Assembly (NCBI GenBank): GCA_040876885.1
Contig: JBBDOU010000013.1
Coordinates: 6,033 to 70,032 of the forward strand
Length of the DNA stretch: 64,000 bases
Direction: 5' to 3'
Origin: Minisyncoccota bacterium
GTDB lineage: Bacteria > Patescibacteriota > Minisyncoccia > Phycocordibacterales > JABMNX01
The notes under the pieces are model-generated. The model ran no database searches and was not told the origin of the DNA. It worked only from the letters and a program-made list of their open reading frames with translations. The position numbers were made by a program, and so were the translations under genes. Of the stretch, positions 10,199-20,166 are shown one piece after another. Position 1 is the first letter of the stretch. Every line of letters begins with the position of its first letter.

Positions 10199-11476
10199 AT
10201 GCATACAACAACTAAAAACCGACCGAGTCGGAGTGGTAACGATGTGGGTCGACGAAGAGGCTCATTCCAAGGTGGTCGCCCGCAAAGAAATGCTCATAGC
10301 TTTAACCGCAAGAGTAGTTTTGGTGGTGGAAACCGTAACCGTGGAGGCAGTCGAGGAGGAAGAAAAATGCCTTCATTTGACCCTTCAAAATTTATTAATA
10401 CAAACCCCGTAGAGTCTCAAGAAGCGGTGTACGTACCAAAACACACCTTTAATGATTTTGGACTTGATGCGCACATTGTGAAAGCAATCGCGTCACTTAA
10501 CATGACCGCACCCACTCCAATTCAAGACCAAATTATTGGAGAGATTCTTGAGGGACGAGACGTCATTGGTCTTGCGCAAACAGGTACTGGAAAGACTGCA
10601 GCATTTCTTATTCCACTCATAGAAAAAACACTCAAAGACAAGAAACGACAGACACTTATTCTTGCGCCAACTCGAGAGCTCGCTATACAAATCAACGAAG
10701 AGCTTTACAAGCTCTCACGAGGACTTGGTATTTACTCAACCATTTGTGTAGGTGGTATGGGTATCCTCCCTCAGATTAAGTCACTCCGCCGTACTAACCA
10801 CTTTGTTATTGGTACACCAGGGCGAGTACTCGATCTTATTAAACGTGGGAACTTCAAACCAGAATACTCTACAACGGTGGTCCTCGATGAAGCTGACCGA
10901 ATGCTTGATATGGGATTCATCAACGACATGAAGTCAATCCTTTCCGCAACTCCTAAAGACAGAGAAACCCTTTTCTTCTCAGCAACAATGTCAAAAGAGA
11001 CCGAGAAACTCGTACACGAATTCCTTCGAAACCCTATTACGGTATCAGTGAAGAAAAAAGATGTAACCGACAGTATCGAACAAAATGTGGTACGTCACGG
11101 ACATCATGACAAATTCACTACCCTTGTATCACTACTTAAAGGTCCTGAATTTAAACGAGTACTTATCTTTGGTTCAATGAAGCACTCTGTTGAAAAACTT
11201 GCACAACAGCTTGTTAGCGAAGCAAAAGTCTCAGCAGATTCAATCCATGGAAATAAAAGCCACGGTCAGCGACAGCGGTCATTGAAGAGATTTAAGAACG
11301 GCGAGGTGCGCGTACTTGTTGCAACAGACGTTGCGGCGCGTGGAATCCACGTCGATGATGTGACACACGTCATTAACTACGACTTACCAACAGTGTTTGA
11401 AGATTACGTCCACCGTATTGGACGAACAGGACGCGGTACTAAAAAAGGAAAAGCACTTACTTTTGTCGCCGAATAA
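10199..11476 (+). CDS. DEAD-box RNA helicase
   Basis: Q motif, AQTGTGKT, PTRELA, DEAD, SAT, HRIGRTGR; RG-rich N-terminal tail. Confidence 0.95.
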   Translation: MHTTTKNRPSRSGNDVGRRRGSFQGGRPQRNAHSFNRKSSFGGGNRNRGGSRGGRKMPSFDPSKFINTNPVESQEAVYVPKHTFNDFGLDAHIVKAIASLNMTAPTPIQDQIIGEILEGRDVIGLAQTGTGKTAAFLIPLIEKTLKDKKRQTLILAPTRELAIQINEELYKLSRGLGIYSTICVGGMGILPQIKSLRRTNHFVIGTPGRVLDLIKRGNFKPEYSTTVVLDEADRMLDMGFINDMKSILSATPKDRETLFFSATMSKETEKLVHEFLRNPITVSVKKKDVTDSIEQNVVRHGHHDKFTTLVSLLKGPEFKRVLIFGSMKHSVEKLAQQLVSEAKVSADSIHGNKSHGQRQRSLKRFKNGEVRVLVATDVAARGIHVDDVTHVINYDLPTVFEDYVHRIGRTGRGTKKGKALTFVAE

Positions 11477-11496
11477 CCACTTCTAAGTACTCCTTA

Positions 11497-11534
11497 AAAA
11501 ATAAAACCCCGCCTTATTGAGGGGTTTTATTTTT
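11497..11534. terminator. Bidirectional intrinsic terminator
   Basis: AAAAATAAAACCCC-loop-GGGGTTTTATTTTT between convergent genes. Confidence 0.8.
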
Positions 11535-11749
11535 GAGATGAATTAAAGGAGCTCGCGGAACCGAGGACGGTTTTCTAGAGGAGGGAGTCTCTTAACTCAT
11601 GAAGATAGACCTTGTACGAACCCAGTATTAATTCTCTCAAGTAAATCAGGACGAGGAAAACCATACGTAAAGTGGCACTGCATCAGAATTATCGCACCCA
11701 CAATAAATGAAGAGATACGAACCGCAACTCAAAATATAAATGAGAAACT

Positions 11750-13534
11750 TTACGTGCGGTTTTTCTTTATACGGTCTCCTTCTTTTAAGAACTGTTTTCG
11801 GAGTCGTACTGACTTAGGGGTCACTTCTAGATATTCATCTGCCTGCATTATTTCAAGTCCGCCTTCAATCGTCACTGCTTGGTGAGGAATAAGCGTAATT
11901 GCTTCTTCAGAACCTGCGGCACGAATGTTGGTGAGTTGTTTTCCTTTTGTTGGATTTACCACCATCTCGTCACCTTTTGACGTGTTTCCAATAACCATAC
12001 CTTCATACACTTCAGTAGCGTGTCCAATGTAAATCTCTCCTCGCTCTTGCAGGTTCCAAAGTGCAAACGCAACAGCTTTCCCTGTAACCATTGAGGTCAT
12101 TGAACCTGCGTATCGCTTCTTTATCTCTCCTGCGTGTGGCCTGAAACCAAGCACTTGCGAGCAGAGAATCCCCTCTCCTTTTGTATCAATAGTAAACTGC
12201 CCACGGTATCCCAAGAGCCCTCGTGTTGGCCCTTCAAAAATAAGTCGGACTTGGTTCTCGTGCGTAATCATGTTTTGCATAATAAAGGCTCTGCTTGAGA
12301 TTCGCTCAATAACAATCCCTTGAAACTCAGAAGGAATATCTACCGTCACCTCTTCAAATGGTTCGTGCTTCTTTCCATCTATTTCACGAATAATTACCTG
12401 GGGCTGAGAAACCATAACCTCAAACCCTTCTCGGCGCATGTTCTCAAGTAAAATTGCGACGTGCATCTCTCCTCGTCCATACACCTTAAAGACACTCCCT
12501 TCTGAGAAATCAACCTGGAGTCCTACGTTAATCTCAAGTTCTTTTTCAAGACGCGCCTTAATCTCACGACTCGTCAGTAACTTTCCCTCTCGTCCTACAA
12601 ACGGGGATGAGTTAGGCATAAATTGTAGTCCAATCGTTGGTTCATCAACAGCAATAGCAGGAAGTGGTTCTGCATTCTCGTCATCAGTTAAGGTTTCTCC
12701 AATATCAATATCTGCAAACCCTGCAATAAGCACAATGTCCCCCGCAAACGCTTCCTTTGTAGGAATTTGCTCTAACCCTTTAAATGTTGAGAGTTTTGTA
12801 ATCTTCCCCTTTCGAGTTGTTCCATCTGCTTCTTTTATAAAAATCTGAGAACTGTCAAGAATCCTCCCTTCATAGATTCGGGCAACAGCAAGTCGGCCAG
12901 TGTAATCGTCATACCCTAGGTTAAAAACCTGCGCCTTAAGTGCATCGCCTTCTCCGTACCCCTTTGCTGGAGGCACGGTCTCAATAATAGTATCGAGCAG
13001 TGGCGTTAAATCTTTAAACTCGTCATCAAGTTTCTTTTTTGCAACACCGTCACGCCCAATAGCATAGACTACCTTGAAGTTAGTTTGTTCATCATTTGCA
13101 CCAAGCTCCATAAAAAGCTCAAGCACTTGGTCTTCACACCGATTAGGGTCAGCTGCCGGCTTATCAATTTTATTAATAATAACAATAGGCTTGAGTCCTA
13201 GTTCAAGAGACTTCTTCAGTACGAATCGTGTCTGAGGCATTGGCCCTTCTTGTGCATCAACGACAAGGAGTACCGAGTCAATAGAGCGAAGCACTCGCTC
13301 AACTTCTGATCCGAAGTCGGCGTGCCCAGGTGTGTCTACAATGTTAAGTTTCGTACCCTTGTATTCAACAGAGGCATTCTTAGCATAAATAGTAATTCCT
13401 CGCTCTTGCTCAAGTGAGTTTGAGTCCATCGACACCGTACCCTCAACAGCTCCTGTTTGGCGCATCAAAGCATCGGTCAAGGTTGTCTTTCCGTGGTCAA
13501 CGTGAGCGATAATTGCAATATTTCGTATTTCCAT
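11750..13534 (-). CDS. typA: Translational GTPase TypA/BipA
   Basis: [41 protein letters not shown]. Confidence 0.97.
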   Translation of the reverse strand: MEIRNIAIIAHVDHGKTTLTDALMRQTGAVEGTVSMDSNSLEQERGITIYAKNASVEYKGTKLNIVDTPGHADFGSEVERVLRSIDSVLLVVDAQEGPMPQTRFVLKKSLELGLKPIVIINKIDKPAADPNRCEDQVLELFMELGANDEQTNFKVVYAIGRDGVAKKKLDDEFKDLTPLLDTIIETVPPAKGYGEGDALKAQVFNLGYDDYTGRLAVARIYEGRILDSSQIFIKEADGTTRKGKITKLSTFKGLEQIPTKEAFAGDIVLIAGFADIDIGETLTDDENAEPLPAIAVDEPTIGLQFMPNSSPFVGREGKLLTSREIKARLEKELEINVGLQVDFSEGSVFKVYGRGEMHVAILLENMRREGFEVMVSQPQVIIREIDGKKHEPFEEVTVDIPSEFQGIVIERISSRAFIMQNMITHENQVRLIFEGPTRGLLGYRGQFTIDTKGEGILCSQVLGFRPHAGEIKKRYAGSMTSMVTGKAVAFALWNLQERGEIYIGHATEVYEGMVIGNTSKGDEMVVNPTKGKQLTNIRAAGSEEAITLIPHQAVTIEGGLEIMQADEYLEVTPKSVRLRKQFLKEGDRIKKNRT

Positions 13535-13666
13535 ATAGTTAGTGTCTGGGGCAAAAAAAGAAGCTCGGCTACCCCGAGCAATAGAGATATAATACCGTAG
13601 AAATCCCTTATTAACAAGGGTGTGACGCCCTGTAGGAGGTATGTACCAACGCTATTACTCCCCCGT

Positions 13667-15148
13667 TTATTTCTTCTTTTTATCTAAATCAAGCGTCTCG
13701 TCAATTCGTATTTTATCAACAAATTCAGGTACGTGAGAGACGAGAAGCATCGCGCCTTTGTATTCGTCGAGCGCCTTTGCAATAACGGGGATATGACGGA
13801 AATTTATGTGGTTGGTTGGTTCATCAAGAACAAGGAGTCCTGGCTGGAGAAGCACGAGACGTGCAAATGCAACGAGCCCTTTCTGCCCTTCGGAAAGCAG
13901 TCCTATCTTAGTCTTTATAATCTCACTCTGTATTAAAAACCCTGCTGCGGTTGATCGCATGTCTTCCTCTATTTTTTTACTCATGGTCGACATAAGACAC
14001 TCAAACACCGTCTGGTCAAAGTCGAGGTTTGAAAAATCTTGGCGATAGTATCCAATAACGACATCCTTCGCCACGTGTTCTCCTTTAGCGTGACCTGACG
14101 CGAGTGATTCAAGGAGTGTCGTCTTACCAATACCATTTGGACCAACTATCTGCATATGCTGACCGCGCTTTAGGGTGATGTCACACGCAACATCCTTTGG
14201 AGTGTGGTCACGAATTACTTTATATGAGGAGAGCGTAAACACTTCTGTAGGTAAGTCTTTCTGTACAGGAATGGTAAATGGTCGGATTGTTCTATCTTCT
14301 CTCCGTACTTCTACTTTGTTTTCTTCATGCTCTTCAACTTTGTCACGCATACGCTTTGCAACCATACGCATTTGTCCTCCTTTGTGCGCGAAGAAGTTTG
14401 CCTTTTCTTTGTTAGCTAAGATCTCTTTTTCTAGTTGCGCATTTTTCCTTTTTTCTTTTTCCACTCGTGCGCTAATTTCTTTTACCACATCATGATAGTT
14501 ACCATCGTACTGCTCTACGGTATGCATTTGCTGGTTCAAATATAAAACCCCGTGCGTAAAGGAATTAAGAAATTCAGAATCATGGGAAATAACAATAAGC
14601 GTCTTCTTATACTCCTTAAGAAAATCTGTTAAGTGCGCTATTCCTTCTGTATCAAGGTTGTTTGTTGGCTCATCAAGAAGCAGTACGTCTGGGTTTTGAA
14701 TAAGCGCCGACGCTAAAAGTAGCCGTGCTTGCTGCCCCCCTGAGAAACTTCCAATCGTTCGGTCTTTAAATGTCTTTGCGACTTCCTTACTTGGAGTAAG
14801 GTTAACAATCTCAAGTACATCATCTATTTTAGGGTCAATATCATACACCTTTTCTTTAAATCGCTTTTGGAAGAAATCCCGAAGAGAGAGTTCGAGCTCA
14901 TCTCGTGGAATAACTTGTTGAGAGAGTGCAATACTCGTCCGTGGCATCACATGTACGTCCCCGGAGTCTGGCTCGTACAAACCAGTAATCAAGCCAAAAA
15001 TAGTACTCTTTCCAGCTCCATTTTGTCCCATAAGCGTAAGTTTTGCGCCACGGCGAATAGAAAAACCTGACTCGATAAGAATCGGCTTATTAGGTGTGTG
15101 TTGGTATGAAACCTTGTCAAAGGTTATGAGCCCTGCGTTATGTTGCAT
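13667..15148 (-). CDS. ABC-F family ATPase
   Basis: Two ABC domains (GQNGAGKST, GPNGIGKTT, two DEPTN), no TM segments. Confidence 0.9.
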   Translation of the reverse strand: MQHNAGLITFDKVSYQHTPNKPILIESGFSIRRGAKLTLMGQNGAGKSTIFGLITGLYEPDSGDVHVMPRTSIALSQQVIPRDELELSLRDFFQKRFKEKVYDIDPKIDDVLEIVNLTPSKEVAKTFKDRTIGSFSGGQQARLLLASALIQNPDVLLLDEPTNNLDTEGIAHLTDFLKEYKKTLIVISHDSEFLNSFTHGVLYLNQQMHTVEQYDGNYHDVVKEISARVEKEKRKNAQLEKEILANKEKANFFAHKGGQMRMVAKRMRDKVEEHEENKVEVRREDRTIRPFTIPVQKDLPTEVFTLSSYKVIRDHTPKDVACDITLKRGQHMQIVGPNGIGKTTLLESLASGHAKGEHVAKDVVIGYYRQDFSNLDFDQTVFECLMSTMSKKIEEDMRSTAAGFLIQSEIIKTKIGLLSEGQKGLVAFARLVLLQPGLLVLDEPTNHINFRHIPVIAKALDEYKGAMLLVSHVPEFVDKIRIDETLDLDKKKK

Positions 15149-15205
15149 ATGAAAACATAGTGTACACTACGAAACCCGTACTGTCATGACCTTAAAATAT
15201 AGAAA

Positions 15206-15442
15206 CTACTGAAAGAGTGCGAGCTTCTTCTCTCGAGGAAGTTTTTTAATTTCTACTTCTCTCCGCAAAGCCTTTCCTCTATCTTCTAACTCCTCGGTGT
15301 ACACGATTGCTCGTGCGCCGTGCGCTGCTGTGTAGTGGCTCGCTTTTCCAGACCTATGCTCTTCAAGTCTTCGTTCAATATCTGTGGTGATACCTGTGTA
15401 GAGGCTGTCATCTTCGCATTCCAGAATATATACGTAATACAT
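15206..15442 (-). CDS. GIY-YIG nuclease (UPF0213/YhbQ-like)
   Basis: YYVYIL...LYTGITTDIERRLEEH...ALRRE.EIKK. Confidence 0.9.
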   Translation of the reverse strand: MYYVYILECEDDSLYTGITTDIERRLEEHRSGKASHYTAAHGARAIVYTEELEDRGKALRREVEIKKLPREKKLALFQ

Positions 15443-15460
15443 ACCCCCTATAATAGCAGA

Positions 15461-17149
15461 CTACGCCAAAAATAGCCGTGCGAGGCGAAGTTCTTCATAG
15501 GAGTACTCGCCTTTTAGAATTCCATGAACAGGAGCAAGTTTTGTATCCTCAGAGTCTTTAAATGCCTTCCTAATCTTCTGTAAATCCTTTGTATTTGGCT
15601 TAAATCTCTTTACGTCTACGTCACGGTGCAATTCTTTTAATTTTTCTAGATGGGAAATAATAGTGCCGAGTGTCATACCTCGCTCAGTCGCAATCTCCTC
15701 AAGCATCATACCTTTCCCTAAGCAAATGAGTGTCTTTTCATACGTAGAAACTTTTTTTTCTGGACCACGAGCTTCGACATCTTTGCTTCGTGCTATATTT
15801 TTTGCTATCTCTGTTTTATCAACAGTTCCTCCTGAAGATTTCACAAATACGTGGTGCATTTCCTCAAATTCTTTTTTAGAAAATCGGCTCAACACCTGCT
15901 CCCACTTTTTAGATTCTTTACGGAGAAACATATCATACGTAAGCACTTCTTTATTTATCTCAAGCGCCTGTGCATTAAGTCCGCGCAAGACTAATCCCTC
16001 AAGTGTTCGAAGTCGAGAAAGCGCCACGTATCCTTGTCCTGATACAAAAGATTTTGATAAGTCAATTTCCGCTGTATCAATACTCATACCCTGACTCTTA
16101 TGCACGGTAATAGCCCACGCTAAACGAAGTGGAAGTTGTGACACTTGCGCAATCACTGTATCTCCTTCCTCCACCATCCAATCTGTCGCTTCAACCACTA
16201 TTTCGTCTCCTGAAAAAGTACGGACAATAGGAAGTGCTCCGTCAAAACCTATAACAGTCCCGAGCGTCCCGTTTACATACCCCACCTCAAAATTATTCTT
16301 TACAAACATAACGACTGCATCTCTTTTTAAATATAAAGACTCTGGAGCAAGGAGTCCTTTCTTGAGAGAGGTTACGACACTTGCTTTACCCTTCGAATCC
16401 ATAAGGTATTCATGTTCCTCACCGGGTAATTTCTCAAGTTCCGCGGTGTTTACCGCGTCGACATCTGCATTATGTGTATAGAGATGTGTGGGAGTTACTC
16501 CATCGTCGATGCAATCTTCTTCATACGCTCGCATGCGCCCCTGTAAGAGTTCTCGAGACTCATCTGACACACTCCCACTCCGAATCTCATTGAGAATTTG
16601 TGAAAGCGCGTCGTCGCTTTGTCTAAATTGCTCTTCAAGGTAACACACACGAATGTCAGCCTCCTTCCAAGAGGGTGCAGAGTGCACAAACTGAGTCTCA
16701 CGTGAATTCCGCACAATAGGTGGCAACTGAAAGAAGTCTCCAGAAAGTACAATTTGTATTCCGCCAAATGGTGCATCCACCTGTTTCATTGCACGTGCCA
16801 GCCTGTCTAATGAGTCAAAAATAGATGGCGTGAGCATCGACACCTCATCAATGATTAAAACTGCGGTTCTTTGATATCGCTTCCATAAATATTCTTTCTG
16901 CACCAAAAGGTCTATGTCAGACTCTGAAAGATAGTCCCGTATGCCAATACCGCTCCATGAGTGAATTGTGACCCCACCAAAATGTGTTGCGGCAATTCCT
17001 GTTGATGCAGTAAGACCGACAGTAACTCCCCTATCTTTTAAAAAAGCTATATATTCACGGAGTGCGTGCGTCTTACCGCTTCCCGCGGGGCCTGTTAAGT
17101 ATACATTTCGTCCTGCTTTAAGTATCGTGAGCGCCTGAGCTTGTTTCAT
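15461..17149 (-). CDS. PIF1-family SF1B helicase with C-terminal HTH
   Basis: TGPAGSGKT, DEVSML, GDFFQLPP, LAWAITVHKSQG, GQGYVALSR; C-terminal IATERGMTLGTIISHL. Confidence 0.9.
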   Translation of the reverse strand: MKQAQALTILKAGRNVYLTGPAGSGKTHALREYIAFLKDRGVTVGLTASTGIAATHFGGVTIHSWSGIGIRDYLSESDIDLLVQKEYLWKRYQRTAVLIIDEVSMLTPSIFDSLDRLARAMKQVDAPFGGIQIVLSGDFFQLPPIVRNSRETQFVHSAPSWKEADIRVCYLEEQFRQSDDALSQILNEIRSGSVSDESRELLQGRMRAYEEDCIDDGVTPTHLYTHNADVDAVNTAELEKLPGEEHEYLMDSKGKASVVTSLKKGLLAPESLYLKRDAVVMFVKNNFEVGYVNGTLGTVIGFDGALPIVRTFSGDEIVVEATDWMVEEGDTVIAQVSQLPLRLAWAITVHKSQGMSIDTAEIDLSKSFVSGQGYVALSRLRTLEGLVLRGLNAQALEINKEVLTYDMFLRKESKKWEQVLSRFSKKEFEEMHHVFVKSSGGTVDKTEIAKNIARSKDVEARGPEKKVSTYEKTLICLGKGMMLEEIATERGMTLGTIISHLEKLKELHRDVDVKRFKPNTKDLQKIRKAFKDSEDTKLAPVHGILKGEYSYEELRLARLFLA

Positions 17150-17298
17150 AGAAGTATTTTAACACAGGAAATACAGTGTTTTTTAAATATATAAATGATT
17201 CTCGATTATTAAGACAGAAAAAAGGTGTCACTAATTCGTATAAAACGAAGGGGTCATTACAGCCTACCTGTTTTAAATAACCCCAATAAAAGAGTAAG

Positions 17299-19101
17299 AT
17301 GATACTGACTATGAAATATACAGAAAATCTATCAAAACTAAACAAGGATAGCGTTACGGTAGCTGGAGGTAAGGGCGCTTCTCTTGGTGAAATGATGCGG
17401 GTTGGTATCTTAGTACCCCCTGGTTTTGTGGTCCTTTCGGTAACCTTTCAAAAACTTTTGGAAGAAGGCGCCATGTGCACTGATATAAAATCTATCCTTG
17501 ACTCAGTTGACCATCAAAACATAGACGCCCTTGAAGACGCATCCAAGAAAATACAAACGAGTATTCTAAATATTAAAATACCAGAGGAGGTTTCATACCA
17601 AATCAAAAAATCTTTTAACGAGCTCGGAGCTCAATGTGTAGCAGTCAGGTCTTCAGCAACCAACGAAGACTCAACAAGTGCCACATGGGCTGGGCAACTT
17701 GGAAGCTACCTCAATACTACAGAAAAAGACCTTCTAGAAAATATAAAAAAGTGTTGGGTATCACTTTTTACACCACGCGCTATCTTTTATGGATTCCAAA
17801 ATAACATAGCCCCGCAAGAGACGTCTGTCTCAGTCGTTATACAAAAGATGGTTAAAAGCGAGAAGTCAGGCGTTGCCTTCTCGGTTCACCCAGTAACAAA
17901 AGAGTACAATACACTCATTATAGAGGCTGGGCTTGGGTTAGGCGAACAAGTAGTTTCAGGGCACATTACACCAGATAGCTATACGGTAGATAAGAAACAT
18001 CAAAAAATTACAAGCAGAAACATAAAAACACGGACCCAGGTATTGTCAGACGTAGAGATTTTAGAGCTATCGAGATTGGTTATTATAATTGAAAAACATT
18101 TTGGATTTCCATGTGACATTGAGTGGGCCTTTGAACAAGGGAAACTTTACATACTCCAAAGCAGACCAATAACAACCTTAGTTACAGAGTCCAGTAAAAG
18201 ATCTTCTGAGGATAAAATTATCATCAAAGATATAATGACTCTAATTGCTAGAAGAAACACTGATTCTTTTGATGCCTCTTTAAGAATCGAGTCGTGGTCA
18301 AATGGATTAAAAAATGAGCTTGGGCTTGGATACAAGACAATTGTAATTAATTCTGATGGTGAATATTTCGTAGACGCAGAGAGTGAACGCAAAATTAGCG
18401 AGGCGCTCTCCCTTAAAGGAGTTAATGAAGCGCTATCTTATATTAAAAAAATATACGCTCTAAAAGATGCGCTGTTAATACAGGTGCGACAAGAAGAATA
18501 TGCTACTGTAGTCAACGACTTCTCTAAATTATTTACATACTTCCTTCTTGCACGCAGAATATCTGAAAATGTATACAAGAAATCTTCTTCCAAGGAAAAA
18601 CATCTGATAGAAAAGTGGAGAAGCGACGAAAGACTATTTGAACCACTCGATGTATATAAAAAGCGAGTACCCCAAGACAACCCTACAGGTGAATGGAGTA
18701 TTATATTTAATAACAATGACATTCGCTACGTTGGTAAAAAAATAACGTGGACTGAAAATGAGACTGAGGAAGAAGACACAGCTATATTAAAAGGAGAAAC
18801 TGGGTATCCTGGGTTTGTGAGAGGTCGTGTGCGAGTGATACTCTCTCAAGACCAAATGAGTACATTTAAAGAGGGGGATATTCTAGTCACCACCATGGCC
18901 ACGCCAGAATACACCCCTATTCTAGGGAAAGCTCGCGCCTTTATTACAGATGAAGGAGGTGTTACCTCTCACGCCGCAATAATCTCAAGGGAACTAAAGA
19001 AGCCCTGCATCATTGGTACGAAAAATGCTACTAAAAGACTCCTCGATGGTGACGAAGTCGAAGTAGATGCAACCGATGGGGTGGTGAGAATAGTTCGGTA
19101 A
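17299..19101 (+). CDS. ATP-grasp plus phosphohistidine-swivel phosphotransferase (rifampin-phosphotransferase-like architecture)
   Basis: GGKGASLGE, VAVRSSA, DIEWA...LQSRPIT; C-terminal TDEGGVTSHAAIISRE; no PEP/pyruvate TIM-barrel domain. Confidence 0.8.
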   Translation: MILTMKYTENLSKLNKDSVTVAGGKGASLGEMMRVGILVPPGFVVLSVTFQKLLEEGAMCTDIKSILDSVDHQNIDALEDASKKIQTSILNIKIPEEVSYQIKKSFNELGAQCVAVRSSATNEDSTSATWAGQLGSYLNTTEKDLLENIKKCWVSLFTPRAIFYGFQNNIAPQETSVSVVIQKMVKSEKSGVAFSVHPVTKEYNTLIIEAGLGLGEQVVSGHITPDSYTVDKKHQKITSRNIKTRTQVLSDVEILELSRLVIIIEKHFGFPCDIEWAFEQGKLYILQSRPITTLVTESSKRSSEDKIIIKDIMTLIARRNTDSFDASLRIESWSNGLKNELGLGYKTIVINSDGEYFVDAESERKISEALSLKGVNEALSYIKKIYALKDALLIQVRQEEYATVVNDFSKLFTYFLLARRISENVYKKSSSKEKHLIEKWRSDERLFEPLDVYKKRVPQDNPTGEWSIIFNNNDIRYVGKKITWTENETEEEDTAILKGETGYPGFVRGRVRVILSQDQMSTFKEGDILVTTMATPEYTPILGKARAFITDEGGVTSHAAIISRELKKPCIIGTKNATKRLLDGDEVEVDATDGVVRIVR

Positions 19102-19129
19102 CCCCGTTTTCGGGATGGTTGTATACCTA

Positions 19130-19157
19130 TTGACAAATCCTGTGTATATGCTATACT
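19130..19157 (+). promoter_or_regulatory. Sigma70-type promoter
   Basis: TTGACA-16 nt-TATACT with extended TG, upstream of ORF 19199. Confidence 0.6.
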
Positions 19158-19198
19158 ATATATAGTTTGAACCATTGAGATATTGAAAGGGACGAATT

Positions 19199-19417
19199 AT
19201 GCCTGTTACTGCTGAAAATAAATTCTTCTTTGCTCTCGCCTGTATCCTGCAGTTGCCAATGTACGCCACCATGATGGTGGGCGGTACTGAGCTCTTCAGA
19301 GAAGGTGAGATTCGTTTCCTCTTACTGGGCTTCGCCCTGCTTGGATTAATCTTCTGGCTTGCAATCAAAGCAACCCAGTCAGGGAGACCCCAACCGCAAG
19401 TCGCCAAAGTATCTTAA
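19199..19417 (+). CDS. Small two-TM membrane protein
   Basis: Own promoter, GGGA RBS-like site, two hydrophobic segments, terminator-like hairpin about 19428-19460. Confidence 0.6.
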   Translation: MPVTAENKFFFALACILQLPMYATMMVGGTELFREGEIRFLLLGFALLGLIFWLAIKATQSGRPQPQVAKVS

Positions 19418-19520
19418 AGTCTGTAGGAGCCTATCTGAAATACGTCAGATAGGCTTTTGTTTTGCATACTATCGTGAGCGAGCCCGCTATGCACCTCGAG
19501 TATAAACACTACACACGAAC

Positions 19521-19541
19521 TGGCTGCCGGACTTGGACTCG
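19521..19541 (-). repeat. Direct copy of the tRNA-Gln 3' end, ending in CCA
   Basis: Reads CGAGTCCAAGTCCGGCAGCCA on the minus strand; 19523-19541 matches 19710-19728. Confidence 0.9.
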
Positions 19542-19710
19542 GTCACGAGTTACTCAGCATTTTATCATGCTTCGCATTTCTAAAATACTCAGTACTCTCG
19601 ACCCCAACTCGGCGACCCAGAGGGTGCCCCGCCTCCGTCTTTCGAGTCAAAGCCGAAACAGAGATACCATAAAGCCCCAACACTATCGTGTCGGAGCTTA
19701 CTGTATCTAG

Positions 19711-19781
19711 CTGCCGGACTTGGACTCGAACCAAGATACCATCCTCCAGAGGGATGTGTCCTACCATTAGACGATCCGGCA
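19711..19781 (-). tRNA. tRNA-Gln(CTG)
   Basis: TGCCGGA/TCCGGCA acceptor, CATCC-CT-CTG-GA-GGATG anticodon arm, CTTGG-TTCGAGT-CCAAG T-arm. Confidence 0.95.
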
Positions 19782-19837
19782 ATGAAAAATGCGCGACTGC
19801 GCATTTCATTTATACCACAAATTCCCCGTTTCTTATA

Positions 19838-20131
19838 TTACACCGCGCGACTTTGTTTGAAGCAATCTATACAGAGTAAGTTACCAGTATCTCGTGGTTT
19901 AAAGGGTAGCTCGGTAATAGGTTTACTGCACCCACTACATTTCCAATCACCCTGATGTTTTGGTTTTTCTCCGCCAGTATTTCCTCCGCTGTTGTCAGAA
20001 GGGTTGCGTGCTGGTCCTCTGCTTTTAGAGAAGCATGCCTTACACATAAGTCCCACGTCTCCACGAGGTTCAAATGGTAATTCTGTAATAGCTTCTCCAC
20101 AACCTCCACACTTCCAATTTCCTTGATGCAT
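19838..20131 (-). CDS. Tandem CxxC-x17-CxxC-type zinc-ribbon protein
   Basis: Two repeats of HQGxWKCxGCxxxITELPFxPR...CxxCF. Confidence 0.85.
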   Translation of the reverse strand: MHQGNWKCGGCGEAITELPFEPRGDVGLMCKACFSKSRGPARNPSDNSGGNTGGEKPKHQGDWKCSGCSKPITELPFKPRDTGNLLCIDCFKQSRAV

Positions 20132-20166
20132 ATTTCTTATTTTAAAAAATTAATGATTAAATAATA

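Noticed and set aside
11540-11745. Intergenic segment with GGTTTTC/GAAAACC complementarity as another mini-element copy
   Set aside because: No recognisable AAGRCGGAG core or tRNA fragment; evidence too weak
15206-15442. GIY-YIG nuclease as the mobiliser of the tRNA mini-elements
   Set aside because: It looks like the ordinary UPF0213 type and has no adjacent tRNA fragment or module, so nothing links it
17299-19101. PEP synthase ppsA
   Set aside because: It lacks the C-terminal PEP/pyruvate-binding barrel, and the His domain is terminal
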